A stretch of DNA of 64,000 bases, taken from positions 1 through 64,000 of the forward strand of contig JAOZFI010000039.1 of assembly GCA_027491395.1 (NCBI GenBank), given 5' to 3'. Below the pieces are notes generated by a model, which searched no databases, had not been told where the DNA came from, and saw only the letters and a list, made by a program, of their open reading frames with translations. This document shows positions 18,611 to 29,441 of the stretch, in pieces. Source of the stretch: Thermoproteota archaeon (lineage in GTDB: Archaea; Korarchaeota; Korarchaeia; Korarchaeales; Korarchaeaceae). Position 1 is the stretch's first letter. Every line of letters begins with the position of its first letter. Position numbers and translations under genes: made by a program.

Positions 18611-19818
18611 TCTCTCACCACCTTGACCTTAAAACCTTCAATATCAACTATCCTCACCCTCTCCCCCTCCTCTATGCTCTCATTTGAAACGGCAGTCCAG
18701 AGCTCAGAGCCAACGAGCACCACTCCATCTCTATCCGGCCTTATAGCGACCTTAACTACTCCTGTTTTACCTATTACGTTTTCTGGACTAAGGGGACTTG
18801 TTCTTTTAGACAGGATCTCCCTTATCTTGTACAGATAGAACCCAACAAGTCCGGAGAAAACAACTAGAGATACAATCACGGCTTCGACACTTAAGGTGGG
18901 TGCTATCAGTGGTCCAGATTCGTACACAAGCAGCAGGCCAATAGCGGAGATCACAGCGCCTGTCAGGGCTAGGAAACCGTGACCGGTCTTCAACTCGAGG
19001 AATATGGTCGTCGCTCCCATCACCATGAGTATTACAGCCGCTAGACTCGCCCCGATGAGGCCGAACGCGTAGAGGCCCAGCACTATCATTATGGTCCCAC
19101 TGGCCTCCATCACGAAGGTCGGGTGCGTCAGTCCAAGCAGCACGAGTATTATGCCTAGAATGAATATAACCCATGCATTCAGCGGATCCGTTATGACGAG
19201 GAGGAGGGATACCCTCACATCAGGGTAATATTCCTCTGTTTCTCTGGGCCAGCCCATCCTTTCCAGCGCTTCTAGAGAATTCTTCGCCGTGCAGTCCGCT
19301 ATTCCATACTTCGAGGCCTCCTCAGCGGTTAGAGCTAGATTCTCCCTAACGAACAGTTCCGCAGCCGTTGAGTTCTTACCTGAAACCTCAGCTAAGCTCT
19401 TCATCCAGCTGGAGAGGGCGTTCACCACTTTCTCATCTCTCGGTCTAGGCTCGGCCGCCCCTATGGAAGATCCGGGTCCCATGCATATCTTATCCGCAGA
19501 CAGTGCTATGAAGGCTCCAGCCGAGAATGCCTTTCCACCTGATGGGATGTAGACGGCCACCCTCACCGGTGAAGAGCTGATTGTCCCTACTATCCGCTCA
19601 GTCGACTGGAGGAACCCTCCATCAGTGTTGAGGACTATGAGCACATCCATGTCACTGCTCTCAGCAAGCTTCACTCCGGACGCGATGTACTCCGCCACAC
19701 CCTCTGTGATGGTACCTTCTACCCTCAGCAGGAGGGTTCTACCACCACTGGAGGCCTGCAGAAGAGGGGGAAGCAGGAGTGAGAGCATCAGTAATACAGT
19801 AAGCGTTGACCTTCTCAT
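18607..19818 (-). CDS. nfeD: NfeD long form (ClpP-like serine protease, TM region and OB fold)
   Basis: LNTDGG, AFSAGAFI, SIGAAEP, EKVVN, C-terminal GKTGVV...GELWTA; paired with stomatin; start trimmed to ATG 19818. Confidence 0.9.
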   Translation of the reverse strand: MRRSTLTVLLMLSLLLPPLLQASSGGRTLLLRVEGTITEGVAEYIASGVKLAESSDMDVLIVLNTDGGFLQSTERIVGTISSSPVRVAVYIPSGGKAFSAGAFIALSADKICMGPGSSIGAAEPRPRDEKVVNALSSWMKSLAEVSGKNSTAAELFVRENLALTAEEASKYGIADCTAKNSLEALERMGWPRETEEYYPDVRVSLLLVITDPLNAWVIFILGIILVLLGLTHPTFVMEASGTIMIVLGLYAFGLIGASLAAVILMVMGATTIFLELKTGHGFLALTGAVISAIGLLLVYESGPLIAPTLSVEAVIVSLVVFSGLVGFYLYKIREILSKRTSPLSPENVIGKTGVVKVAIRPDRDGVVLVGSELWTAVSNESIEEGERVRIVDIEGFKVKVVRE

Positions 19819-20168
19819 GGCTCCACTCATAAGCAGTAAGTATAGAAATTTAACCGTTGTTTTTTGGAGGACTCCCGATACCCCGGATTCTCCTTGAAGG
19901 GACGGAGAGTGTGGATGACACTTAGACACCTAGTTGCGCTAATTCTATGTTACTATGTCGAAAATCTGTCCTATTGATGGAGGATCGCCGAGAGATGATG
20001 GGAAGATGAATCTCTCTGAGGCGTACGACCCCTCTCCCGAACCGGAAAAATCTTTTTGTTGGAAAAGGGAAAAATACATGATCTATCCAAGCTTGTGCTC
20101 CCCTATCTGAGGTCAAGATTTATATTTGTCAGATTTTGGGGCCTATCTAACCATAGTGGGTGTTCTAG

Positions 20169-21872
20169 ATGAGTGGGAAAGATTGGATAGTCGTGATAGT
20201 CCTCCTGATCGTGGGGCTCCTTATAGGGTATTTTGCCGCGGGCCCTGGTAAGACAACCACTGTCACCGTGACACAGACCTCTGTCAAGACCGTGACCGTG
20301 ACCCAGACTGCTGGCGCCCCTCCAGCTCCCACCACGACTAAGACGACCACTACCCAACCCAAGGCCCAGATGAAGACCCCCGCTGATACCCTGATAATAG
20401 CTATGGATACCAGCGATGCGGTCTCTATGGATCCGGCTAGGGCTTATGAGTTCACCTCATGCTTCGTTGTCAACCAGCTCTATGATAAGCTTGTGGATTT
20501 CGAGCTTCCTGATCTGGTCAATGTTAAGCCTGAGGTCGCTGAGAAGTGGGAAGTCAGCGAAGATGGCAAGGTTTGGACCTTCCATATAAGGAAGGGTATT
20601 AAGTTCGCTAGCGGTAATCCCCTCACCGCCGATGATGTCGTTTACTCCCTCCAGAGGGTAATTAAGCTTAAGCAGACCGCTTCTTGGGTTCTTACCCAGT
20701 TCGTCTCCACTCCCGAGCAGATAGAGAAGATCGATGACTACACCGTCAAGATAACCTTAGATAAGCCAGTAGCTCCGAGCTTCTTCCTCGCTACCCTGAC
20801 GTTCACGACTTCCGCAGTCGTAGATAAGCAGGTGGTCGAGGCCCATGCGAAGAACGGGGACATGGGAAGCGATTGGATGACCGATCACAGCGCCGGTAGC
20901 GGTCCGTTCGTCCTAGAGAAGTGGGATAGGGAAGCCGAAATAGTCCTTAAGGCCAATCCATACTACTGGAAGCCAGGTCAGCCAGCTGTGAAGAAGGTGA
21001 TCATAAAGCATGTTCCCGAGCCCACGGATCAGCTCCTCCTGATAAAGAAGGGGGATGTTGACATAGCAACTGACTTGACTGCGGAGCAGGTCAAACAGGT
21101 TGAGGGTACACCCGGAATAAACGTGATAAAGGTGGAGAGGACCCACATAGTCTACTTGGGAATGAACGTTGCCGTGAAGCCGTTGGACAAGGAAGAGGTT
21201 AGGGATGCAATCAGGTACTGTATAGATTATGACAGCATAATAAACGACATCCTGCTTGGAGCAGCGATAAAGTGGCAGACTGTCATTCCAAAGGGTCTGC
21301 TCGGAGCGAACCCGAAGACACCCTACAAGAAGGATGTGGCTAAGGCCAAGGAACTCTTAGCTAAGGCCGGTGTGCCCAATGGATTCACCATAGAGCTGAC
21401 CACGCCGCCGACCTATCCTCAGATAGACATAGCAACCAAGATACAGGCTGACCTGGCCGAGTGCGGCATCAAGGTGAAGATCGTGCAGATGACCCAGTCC
21501 GAGATGTACGAGAAGTACAGAAAGCAAGGTCTCCAGCTTGTGCTCGCAGGTTGGGGGTCCGACTATCCGGATCCGGACAACAACGCCAAGGCTTTCGGTG
21601 ACTACAGGGTGAAACAGCTCGCTTGGAGGAACTCTTGGTACGATGACCATGCCGCCGATCTCGCCGAGAAAGCGGCCGTGGAGTTCGACAACAATAAGAG
21701 GAAGCAGATGTACCTCGAGCTCACTGACTACATACTCGACCACGGACCCTACGCGATCCTCTACCAGACCCTCGCCCAGCACGTAGCGAGGGACTACGTG
21801 AAGAATTATCTGCCCGATCCGACGTTCTTCCTTGAGGACCTCTCCAAGGTGTCAAAGGCCGGAGGGAGCTGA
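20169..21872 (+). CDS. Peptide ABC transporter substrate-binding protein (family 5), second copy
   Basis: MDPARAYE, KFASGNPLTADDVVYS, GSGPF, GWGSDYPDPD. Confidence 0.93.
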   Translation: MSGKDWIVVIVLLIVGLLIGYFAAGPGKTTTVTVTQTSVKTVTVTQTAGAPPAPTTTKTTTTQPKAQMKTPADTLIIAMDTSDAVSMDPARAYEFTSCFVVNQLYDKLVDFELPDLVNVKPEVAEKWEVSEDGKVWTFHIRKGIKFASGNPLTADDVVYSLQRVIKLKQTASWVLTQFVSTPEQIEKIDDYTVKITLDKPVAPSFFLATLTFTTSAVVDKQVVEAHAKNGDMGSDWMTDHSAGSGPFVLEKWDREAEIVLKANPYYWKPGQPAVKKVIIKHVPEPTDQLLLIKKGDVDIATDLTAEQVKQVEGTPGINVIKVERTHIVYLGMNVAVKPLDKEEVRDAIRYCIDYDSIINDILLGAAIKWQTVIPKGLLGANPKTPYKKDVAKAKELLAKAGVPNGFTIELTTPPTYPQIDIATKIQADLAECGIKVKIVQMTQSEMYEKYRKQGLQLVLAGWGSDYPDPDNNAKAFGDYRVKQLAWRNSWYDDHAADLAEKAAVEFDNNKRKQMYLELTDYILDHGPYAILYQTLAQHVARDYVKNYLPDPTFFLEDLSKVSKAGGS

Positions 21873-21908
21873 GACTTCCCTCCCTTTTTCTCTTCCGGGG
21901 GGTAGCTG

Positions 21909-22922
21909 TTGGACCTTAAGACGTACATATTGAGGCGTCTGGCCCTAATGTTGTTCGTCCTATTCGGAATAATTGTGATTACGTTTATCGTGTCTCATGT
22001 GATTCCTGCTGATCCTATAGGGGCCATTCTGGGACCCCAAGCTCCTCCCGAGCTTGTAGAGAAGGTTAGAAGGGAGTGGGGATTCGATAAGCCCCTTCCC
22101 GAGCAGTTCGTTGACTACATGGTGAACTTACTCCACGGTAACTTAGGCAAGTCCATAAGAACGAATAAGCCGGTGGCAGAGGACCTCATGAAGTTCTTTC
22201 CCGCGACGATCGAACTGGCAACGGCGGCGATGATAGTTGCCATAGTGATAGGGATACCCCTCGGTATAATCTCGGCCGTTAAGAAGGACAAGTGGCCCGA
22301 CCACATCTCCAGAATATTTGCTCTAATGGGGGTGAGCATGCCCGTCTTCTGGCTGGGTCTCATCCTGCTCTTCGTCCTCTACTACCAGCTGGGAATATTT
22401 CCAGGGCCTGGTAGGCTGGATCCAGGGATAGAGGCTCCACCCAGAATAACTGGCATTTTAACACTCGATAGCTTGATTACCGGGAACTTCGAGGCGTTCA
22501 CGAATGCCGTATGGCATCTTATACTCCCCTCGTTCGTCTTGGGCTACTACGCCTCTGCATCAATCACTAGGATCACTAGGACATCCTTACTCGAGGTCAT
22601 GACCCAGGACTTCATAAGGACGGCCAGAGCTAAGGGCCTGCCCGAGAGGGTCGTGCTGTTCAGGCACGCCCTGAGGAACGCGCTCATACCCACTACCACC
22701 GTCATAGGGATGGCTTACGGAAGCCTGCTGGAAGGTGCGATACTCACGGAGACCATATTCGCTTGGCCCGGATTGGGGAGGTACTCAACAGGTGCTTTCC
22801 TGTCTGTGGATTTCTTGGCGGTTATGGGCTCCACCTTACTGATAGCGGTGATCTACTCAGTGGCCAACTTGGTTGTGGACATACTCTACGCATTCCTCGA
22901 TCCGAGGATAAGGTATGCCTGA
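21909..22922 (+). CDS. dppB: Peptide ABC permease (DppB)
   Basis: GFDKPL, FPATIEL, ARAKGL, RHALRNA, ETIFAWPGLG, DPRIRY. Confidence 0.92.
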   Translation: MDLKTYILRRLALMLFVLFGIIVITFIVSHVIPADPIGAILGPQAPPELVEKVRREWGFDKPLPEQFVDYMVNLLHGNLGKSIRTNKPVAEDLMKFFPATIELATAAMIVAIVIGIPLGIISAVKKDKWPDHISRIFALMGVSMPVFWLGLILLFVLYYQLGIFPGPGRLDPGIEAPPRITGILTLDSLITGNFEAFTNAVWHLILPSFVLGYYASASITRITRTSLLEVMTQDFIRTARAKGLPERVVLFRHALRNALIPTTTVIGMAYGSLLEGAILTETIFAWPGLGRYSTGAFLSVDFLAVMGSTLLIAVIYSVANLVVDILYAFLDPRIRYA

Positions 22923-22934
22923 GGAGGTGCTCTC

Positions 22935-23819
22935 ATGAACTTAAGAGAGAAGGTCAGGGGCCTGATGGAGTATTTCAGATCCGAGGACTTTAAAATAACT
23001 CTAATCTTGGTGAAGAAGAGCCCTCTCACGGTCTTGGGACTCGCTCTGACCATATTCTTGGTGCTGGTGGCGATTTTCGCACCCTTCATAGCACCCTACG
23101 ATCCCATAAAGCAGGACCTCAAGAATAGGCTTCAGCCCCCTAGCTGGGAGCACCCTTTCGGCACCGATCAGCTCGGAAGGGACATATTCAGCAGGGTGGT
23201 CTGGGGATCAAGGATCTCCCTGTTTATAGCCCTTATAGTTGTCGCTATCTCATTCACCGTCGGAACTACCATAGGCATAATCTCCGGCTACTTCGGGGGT
23301 AAGGTTGACGAGGTTCTTATGAGGATCACGGACATGTTCATGGCATTCCCCAGACTGGTACTCGCCTTGGCCGTGGCTGCCGCTCTAGGACCTGGGCTCT
23401 TCAACACCATGCTCGCCATAGCCTTCGTCTCTTGGGTCTACTACGCCAGGCTGGCTAGGGCTAGCACCCTCCAGATAAGGGAAGAGGTGTATATAGAGGC
23501 GGCTAGGGCGATAGGGGCCAGCGACAGGAGGATACTCTTCCTTCATGTCCTCCCGGTAGTCATCGCGCCGGTAGTAGTTCAAGCCACCCTTGACATGGGC
23601 GGGACCATCCTCACCGCAGCCGGCCTCGGTTTCCTTGGACTGGGTGTCCAGCCCCCCACTCCGGAGTGGGGAGTCATGGTAAGTGAGGGGAGGAGGTTCA
23701 TAACTGAACAGTGGTGGGTCTCCACATTCCCCGGTTTCGCGATACTCTTGGCAACGCTGGGCTTCAACCTGCTGGGCGACGGGATAAACGATATACTGAA
23801 TGTCAGGGCGAGGAGGTGA
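22935..23819 (+). CDS. dppC: Peptide ABC permease (DppC)
   Basis: HPFGTDQLGRDIFSRVVWG, EAARAIGA, PPTPEWG. Confidence 0.92.
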   Translation: MNLREKVRGLMEYFRSEDFKITLILVKKSPLTVLGLALTIFLVLVAIFAPFIAPYDPIKQDLKNRLQPPSWEHPFGTDQLGRDIFSRVVWGSRISLFIALIVVAISFTVGTTIGIISGYFGGKVDEVLMRITDMFMAFPRLVLALAVAAALGPGLFNTMLAIAFVSWVYYARLARASTLQIREEVYIEAARAIGASDRRILFLHVLPVVIAPVVVQATLDMGGTILTAAGLGFLGLGVQPPTPEWGVMVSEGRRFITEQWWVSTFPGFAILLATLGFNLLGDGINDILNVRARR

Positions 23820-23823
23820 TTGA

Positions 23824-24813
23824 GTGAGCGACGACGGGAAAGGAGAGAATCTCTTGGAGATCAGGGATCTGTACGTTCAATTCCACACTCTGAGAGGCAT
23901 AGTCAAGGCCATAGATGGCGTCAACTTGGAGGTGGGACATGGCGAGGTCTTGGGTCTTGTGGGGGAGACTGGCAGCGGCAAGACGGTGACGGGCCTCAGT
24001 ATACTCAGGTTACTGGAGCAAAACGCCGAGATCACCGGAGGGGAGATAATATTTCAGGGGAGAGACCTGCTCAAGCTGCCCCTCAAGGAGATCCTGAAGA
24101 TAAGGGGGAGAGATATCTCAATGATTTTCCAAGAGCCGAAGGCCGCCCTGAACCCGGTCATGCAGGTGGGTGATCAGGTGGCCGAGTCCTTCCTAGTGCA
24201 CGAGGAGATCTCCAAGAAGGAGGCGAGGGAGAGAGTCCTAGGGATATTCAGGAGGGTGGGCCTCCCTGATCCCGAGAGGGTGTACAAGAGCTATCCCCAC
24301 GAGCTCAGCGGGGGAATGGCTCAGAGGGTCGTGATATCCATGGCGCTCGCCCTGAAGCCGAAGCTGCTCATAGCTGACGAGCCCACCTCCGCCCTGGATG
24401 TGACAATACAGGCCCAGATAATGGACCTCTTTCGCGAGCTGATCAACGAGATGGGAACCAGCGTCATCTACATAACACACGACATGGCCCTAGCTGCTGA
24501 GATAAGCGATAGGATCGCGGTGATGTATGCCGGCAGAATAGTGGAGGTGGCCGACACTGAAACGATATTCGAGAATCCCCTACATCCTTACACCCAGGGA
24601 CTGCTGAAATCCATACCCAAACCGGGATATAGGGGGAAGCTCTTCTCGATGGAGGGGGAGATACCGCCCTTGATAAATTCACCCCCTGGCTGCAGGTTCC
24701 ATCCCCGCTGCCCTAAGAGATTCGAACCGTGCGACAAGGAGGTGCCCAAGCTGATGGAGGTAGAACCAAGGCATAAGGTAGCCTGCTTCCTGTTCGGAGG
24801 TGCGTCCAAATGA
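23824..24813 (+). CDS. dppD: Peptide ABC ATP-binding protein (DppD)
   Basis: [36 protein letters not shown]. Confidence 0.93.
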   Translation: MSDDGKGENLLEIRDLYVQFHTLRGIVKAIDGVNLEVGHGEVLGLVGETGSGKTVTGLSILRLLEQNAEITGGEIIFQGRDLLKLPLKEILKIRGRDISMIFQEPKAALNPVMQVGDQVAESFLVHEEISKKEARERVLGIFRRVGLPDPERVYKSYPHELSGGMAQRVVISMALALKPKLLIADEPTSALDVTIQAQIMDLFRELINEMGTSVIYITHDMALAAEISDRIAVMYAGRIVEVADTETIFENPLHPYTQGLLKSIPKPGYRGKLFSMEGEIPPLINSPPGCRFHPRCPKRFEPCDKEVPKLMEVEPRHKVACFLFGGASK

Positions 24814-25805
24814 TGCTGGAGGTTCAGGATCTCAAGAAGTACTTCCCCGTACGCGGTGGCGTGATGATGAGGGTGATCGGTCATGTGAAAGCGGTGGACG
24901 GGGTCTCCATATCCATAGAGAAGGGAGAAGTCTTCGGCCTGGTGGGCGAGTCCGGGAGCGGTAAGACGACCTTGGGCAGGACGGTCCTCAAGCTGACCAA
25001 GCCCACCGGTGGGAGGATAATCTTCGATGGAAGGGACATAACCGATCTCTCGGGCAAGGATCTCATTCCCCTGAGGAGGGAGATGCAGATAGTCTTCCAG
25101 GACCCGTACAAGGCCTTGCATCCGAGGAAGAGGGTGAAGGACATAGTTGGTGAACCCCTGATCATACACGAGGGGACCAGCGATATGGAAGTGAGGAGGA
25201 GGGTAGCGGAGATGCTCAAGCTGGTGGGGCTGAATGTGGAGCACATGGACAGGTACCCGCACGAGTTCTCGGGAGGGCAGAGGCAGAGGATAGTCATAGC
25301 TAGGGCCCTGATCCTGAGGCCCAAGTTCATGGTGCTCGACGAACCTACCTCTGCCTTGGATGTGAGCGTTCAGGCTAAGATACTCAACCTGCTGAGCGAT
25401 CTCAAGGAACAGTTTGACCTCACCTTCCTACTGATAAGCCACAACTTGGCGGTGGTGCAGCATATGAGCAACAGGATCGGCGTGATGTACCTCGGGAAGC
25501 TCATGGAGGTAGCTTCCTCGCAGGAACTCTTCGAGAAACCGCTTCATCCCTATACGAAGGCCCTCATATCGGCCATCCCTGTACCCGACCCTAAGCTAGC
25601 TAAGAAGAAGAGGAAGATGACCCTCAGGGGCGAGATACCGAGTCCCTTGCATCCGCCCTCCGGCTGCAGGTTCCACACTAGGTGCCCGTTCGCTAAGGAG
25701 ATCTGCGAGAGGGAGGAACCACCTTTGAGGGAGGTGGAGCCAGGCCACTGGGTGGCGTGTCACTTCTGGGATGAGTTGAGGGAGGTAGGAGTGTTAAATG
25801 CCTGA
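24810..25805 (+). CDS. dppF: Peptide ABC ATP-binding protein (DppF)
   Basis: [37 protein letters not shown]. Confidence 0.93.
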   Translation: MMLEVQDLKKYFPVRGGVMMRVIGHVKAVDGVSISIEKGEVFGLVGESGSGKTTLGRTVLKLTKPTGGRIIFDGRDITDLSGKDLIPLRREMQIVFQDPYKALHPRKRVKDIVGEPLIIHEGTSDMEVRRRVAEMLKLVGLNVEHMDRYPHEFSGGQRQRIVIARALILRPKFMVLDEPTSALDVSVQAKILNLLSDLKEQFDLTFLLISHNLAVVQHMSNRIGVMYLGKLMEVASSQELFEKPLHPYTKALISAIPVPDPKLAKKKRKMTLRGEIPSPLHPPSGCRFHTRCPFAKEICEREEPPLREVEPGHWVACHFWDELREVGVLNA

Positions 25806-25950
25806 GGATGGGGATAAGGAGGTTGAGCTCGAATGGAAGGATTACCTAGCCTTCGTGATCGCCCTCTTGACAACCAACCTCCTTCCCCTCATTCTGATAG
25901 GGATTCTAATGGTGATCCTCTCGTACCTCATCGTTCAACTCTTCGGCTGA
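25798..25950 (+). CDS. Small membrane protein (50 aa), absent from the ORF track
   Basis: [50 protein letters not shown]; ATG overlaps the dppF end, GGAGG/GGAG upstream. Confidence 0.7.
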   Translation: MPEDGDKEVELEWKDYLAFVIALLTTNLLPLILIGILMVILSYLIVQLFG

Positions 25951-27208
25951 CCTCCTCCAACGACTTTTCGATTATGGAGAGGGCCTCCTCCACCTGTTCA
26001 GCCGTTATCGTTATCGGTGGCGTCAGCTTGATCACATTGTGATGCCTGCCCACGGTTATGGCCAGCAAGCCGTTTCTGAAGAGGGCGTCCTTCAGCTCAG
26101 ACGCTAACCTCTTCGAGGGCCTCCCACCCTCCAGTATCTCAATTCCCTGCACGCATCCGATCCCCCGGGCATCGACTACATGATTGTATCTGGTGACGAA
26201 CTCCCTTAACCCTCTCATCATCTCTTCTCCTCTTCTCAAGGCATTTTCCAAGAGATTTTCCTCTCTGATCGCCTCTATAGTCGCTAAGGCGGCCAAGACT
26301 CCCAAGTAGTGGCCAGCGTATGTGCCGAGGCTGCCGCCGCTACACAGATACCACTCCTCCACGAGATCGCCCCTGAAGGCAATAGCCGCTAGGGGAAGAC
26401 CGCCCGCTATCCCCTTGCCCATGACTATGATGTCGGGCTCCACCCCGTGATGCTCTACCCCGAACCACCTACCCGTCCTTCCGAAACCCGTGTAGACCTC
26501 GTCGATTATGAGTAGAGCGCCTGTCCTCTCCGCAATCCCCCTGAGGCCCCTGAAGAAGCTGGAGGGTGGGAATAATACGCCCCCATGAGACTGGAGCGGT
26601 TCCACTATGATACCAGCCAAGTCCTCGGGTTCCACTGCCCTACCGATGACCTCCTCCTCTATGAAATTAAGTACAGCATGAGAGCACTCCTCGCAGTCAT
26701 CAGCCTTTAGAGGACATCTGAAACAGTTGGGGTAGGGCGCATATACGGCTTCAGAGGTCCTAGGTGCGACCCGCCTCATCCCCTCCGTGGGAGAGGATTG
26801 CAAAGCATATCCAGTGAGCCCGTGATAGGCGCCGTAAAAAGAGAGGATGACCTGCTTTCCCGTGGCGAACTTGGCCAGCTGAATAGCGAAATCACTCGCC
26901 TCGCTTCCAGTGGTGGCATACGCTATGGAGGCATTCTCGACGGGGACGAGAGACCTGAGTTCCTCCCCGAGCTTCAGGAGAGGCTCGTTCGGGGCCAGTA
27001 AACCTGAAAAACCCGTTAACTTCTCCACCCCCTCCTTTACTTTCGACACTACTTTGGGGTGGGCTTGACCGAGGGAGGTAGCCGCTCCGCTGAAATCCAA
27101 GAACCTCCTTCCATCTCTCGTCCATATTTCCGCCTTAAACCCTCTTTCGACGATGATTGGAAAGGAGGGAGGGCACTTGAATACCTTCGGGTAGAAATCT
27201 TCCAGCAT
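25928..27208 (-). CDS. Class III PLP-dependent aminotransferase (GabT/ArgD-like)
   Basis: TGSEA, GAYHG, DEVYTGFGRTG, MGKGIAGG, GTYAG. Confidence 0.92.
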   Translation of the reverse strand: MLEDFYPKVFKCPPSFPIIVERGFKAEIWTRDGRRFLDFSGAATSLGQAHPKVVSKVKEGVEKLTGFSGLLAPNEPLLKLGEELRSLVPVENASIAYATTGSEASDFAIQLAKFATGKQVILSFYGAYHGLTGYALQSSPTEGMRRVAPRTSEAVYAPYPNCFRCPLKADDCEECSHAVLNFIEEEVIGRAVEPEDLAGIIVEPLQSHGGVLFPPSSFFRGLRGIAERTGALLIIDEVYTGFGRTGRWFGVEHHGVEPDIIVMGKGIAGGLPLAAIAFRGDLVEEWYLCSGGSLGTYAGHYLGVLAALATIEAIREENLLENALRRGEEMMRGLREFVTRYNHVVDARGIGCVQGIEILEGGRPSKRLASELKDALFRNGLLAITVGRHHNVIKLTPPITITAEQVEEALSIIEKSLEEVSRRVER

Positions 27209-27248
27209 AGGAATATGCGATCCTCATTCCTAAATACCTTGAAGGAAT

Positions 27249-27875
27249 TCAGCCTCCGGCCATGTAGATGGCCTCCTCAGCTATCTGGACCGCGTGGTCC
27301 GCCATCCTCTCGAGGTATCTGAGGATGAGTGTCATGGCCACAGCGCAAGCTGGGACCTTCTCAACACCAGTCAGGACCCTCTCCTTTAGGTAAGACTCGT
27401 AGGCCCCGTCCACCTTGTCATCCATCTCCATAACCCTCCTAGCTAGCTCTATATCCCTGGTCTCCACCGCCCTCAGGGCCTCCTTCACCATGGTCTCAGT
27501 TATCTCAGCTGGCTCAACCACGAGCTGGATGTCGCATTGGCTCATGTCCCTGAACAGGACTAGGGTCTGGGCTATGTTCCTAGCGTACCTGCCAAGCCTA
27601 ACCAGCCCATAACTTATCTCCATGAGGGATATGAGGGTTCTCAGGTCCGACGCCATTGGCTGGAATCTGGCTAGGATCTCACTTATCTTGATTCTCAACT
27701 GTCCGTGGGTGAAGGACAGGATTTGAGCTCCCTTATCAACCTCCTCTAGGACGGTAGTAGGATCTGCCCTGCCTAGGAAAGCCTCGACGCACTTCTTGGT
27801 TAGTGAGAGGGATAACTCACTCGACTTGACGACCTCGGAGAAGACGGATTTTATCTCGGCATCCAATAACGCCAT
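27249..27875 (-). CDS. phoU: PhoU-family phosphate uptake regulator
   Basis: ARFQPMASDLR, DDKVD, YLERMADHAVQIAE; start trimmed to ATG 27875. Confidence 0.85.
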   Translation of the reverse strand: MALLDAEIKSVFSEVVKSSELSLSLTKKCVEAFLGRADPTTVLEEVDKGAQILSFTHGQLRIKISEILARFQPMASDLRTLISLMEISYGLVRLGRYARNIAQTLVLFRDMSQCDIQLVVEPAEITETMVKEALRAVETRDIELARRVMEMDDKVDGAYESYLKERVLTGVEKVPACAVAMTLILRYLERMADHAVQIAEEAIYMAGG

Positions 27876-27948
27876 TTTCACATATCCCTTGGTCGAACTT
27901 ACCCGCCCGATTTTATTATGTTTCCGCATGCTCAGGTAGGAGATCGAT

Positions 27949-28284
27949 ATGAGCGAGGAGGGATCTTTTAGCTTGGTGTTCGTGGCCTTCATGTTCATAG
28001 GAATGGGCGTAGGTTATCTGCTTGGGAACACAGCTGCTGGGCTCTTCATAGGAATGGGAGTGGGGTTCTTGGCCATGGCCTACCTCAAACCTAGGGAGAA
28101 GGGGATAGACTTGAGGAAGGGGCCTTGGGGCTCGGTGGCACTTGCTTTGGTGGGCTTGGGCTTCATCTTGGGTGGGACATCGCTGCTTCTGGGCTTCGAG
28201 ATACCTTGGGATAAGTTGGGAGGGGTGTTCCTCATTCTGATGGGTTTGGCCTTCCTGGCCATGGCTCTGGGAAGGAGGGGTTAG
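27949..28284 (+). CDS. Small Gly-rich membrane protein
   Basis: About 4 TM segments with repeated FIGMGVG. Confidence 0.7.
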   Translation: MSEEGSFSLVFVAFMFIGMGVGYLLGNTAAGLFIGMGVGFLAMAYLKPREKGIDLRKGPWGSVALALVGLGFILGGTSLLLGFEIPWDKLGGVFLILMGLAFLAMALGRRG

Positions 28285-28286
28285 AG

Positions 28287-29441
28287 TTAGCCGAATATGG
28301 CCCTACCGAAGTTTTCTCTCTCCCTCAGTAGCCTGTATCTGCCACCCTCAAGGGCGACGACCGCTGGTAACGGTCTGAGGTTGTATCTGCTAGCCATGGA
28401 GAACCCGTAGGCCCCGACATCGGCAATTACCACGAGGTCCCCTTCTCTGACCCTCGGCAGGTCGTACTCGCCAAAGAAGTCCGCTGACTCGCAGACGGGA
28501 CCAGCAATCAGCACTTTCTCCTCAGGACCCTCGGACTCCGCCAGAATCCTGTGCTTTGCTCCATAGAGCGCGGGCCTGAGGAGGTCGTTCATTCCAGCAT
28601 CCAACAAAACCCACTTTCTCCCACCTATCTCCTTCACGTAGTTCACCTTGGCAACGAGATAACCCGCGTCTCCAACTATGTACCTACCGGATTCCACGAA
28701 TATGTGAACCCCTAATTCCCTGGATGTCTCACACACGATTTCAGCGTACTCTCCTAGAGGGAACTCTCCGGACCCTTCATAGGATATGCCCAAGCCACCT
28801 CCCAGATCAAGCACCTCCACCCCACCGAACTGCTCAACCAGGGATCGGAGCACATCCAACGCGTTGATAAAGGGTTCAACGCTCATTATCTGGCTCCCTA
28901 CGTGTGTATGAAAGCCCCTCGTATTCATGTCACTTCTCAAAGACCTGAGGAGTGAGAGGGCCCTTTCAGGGGGGAGACCGAACTTCGTTCCTGGTCCTGC
29001 CGTCACGAGGCTCGGATGAGCCCCAGCTCCCAGTCCGGGGTTCACCCTCACCATGACATCCGTTCCCCCCAAATCTCTAAGGGTTCTAGCCTCGGATTCA
29101 CTCTCAAGTGAGACTGTAGCCCCGTAACTAGCAGCTTCCGCGAGGTCCTGCCTTGAGGGACTCGGCCCCACGAGCACCACTTTCTCAGGGGGAACACCGG
29201 CCCACCTGGCGAGCATCACGCCGTAACAGGAGGGAACGGTGGCTCCAGAACCTAAGGAGGAGAGCATCCTGACGAGCTCCGGCTCGTGATTGGCTTTATA
29301 TGCGTATGCAATCGTGTGAGGGCATTTCAGAGCGTTATCCAACCTCAGGAAGTTCTCTCTAACTCTGTCCATGTCCAGCAGGTAAATGGGGGTCCCGAAC
29401 TCCTCCGCCACATCGCTAACATCGATCCCGGCTACTCTCAA
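28287..29441 (-). CDS. lysA: Diaminopimelate decarboxylase
   Basis: FGTP, YAYKAN, HVGSQI, DLGGG, ESGRY, RPALY, GPVCESAD, GAYGFSMASRYN. Confidence 0.87.
   Translation of the reverse strand: MRVAGIDVSDVAEEFGTPIYLLDMDRVRENFLRLDNALKCPHTIAYAYKANHEPELVRMLSSLGSGATVPSCYGVMLARWAGVPPEKVVLVGPSPSRQDLAEAASYGATVSLESESEARTLRDLGGTDVMVRVNPGLGAGAHPSLVTAGPGTKFGLPPERALSLLRSLRSDMNTRGFHTHVGSQIMSVEPFINALDVLRSLVEQFGGVEVLDLGGGLGISYEGSGEFPLGEYAEIVCETSRELGVHIFVESGRYIVGDAGYLVAKVNYVKEIGGRKWVLLDAGMNDLLRPALYGAKHRILAESEGPEEKVLIAGPVCESADFFGEYDLPRVREGDLVVIADVGAYGFSMASRYNLRPLPAVVALEGGRYRLLRERENFGRAIFG

Noticed and set aside
11080-25805. Two Dpp operons as a recent tandem duplication or mobile element
   Set aside because: Proteins and synonymous sites are well diverged, and there are no terminal repeats, transposase or integrase
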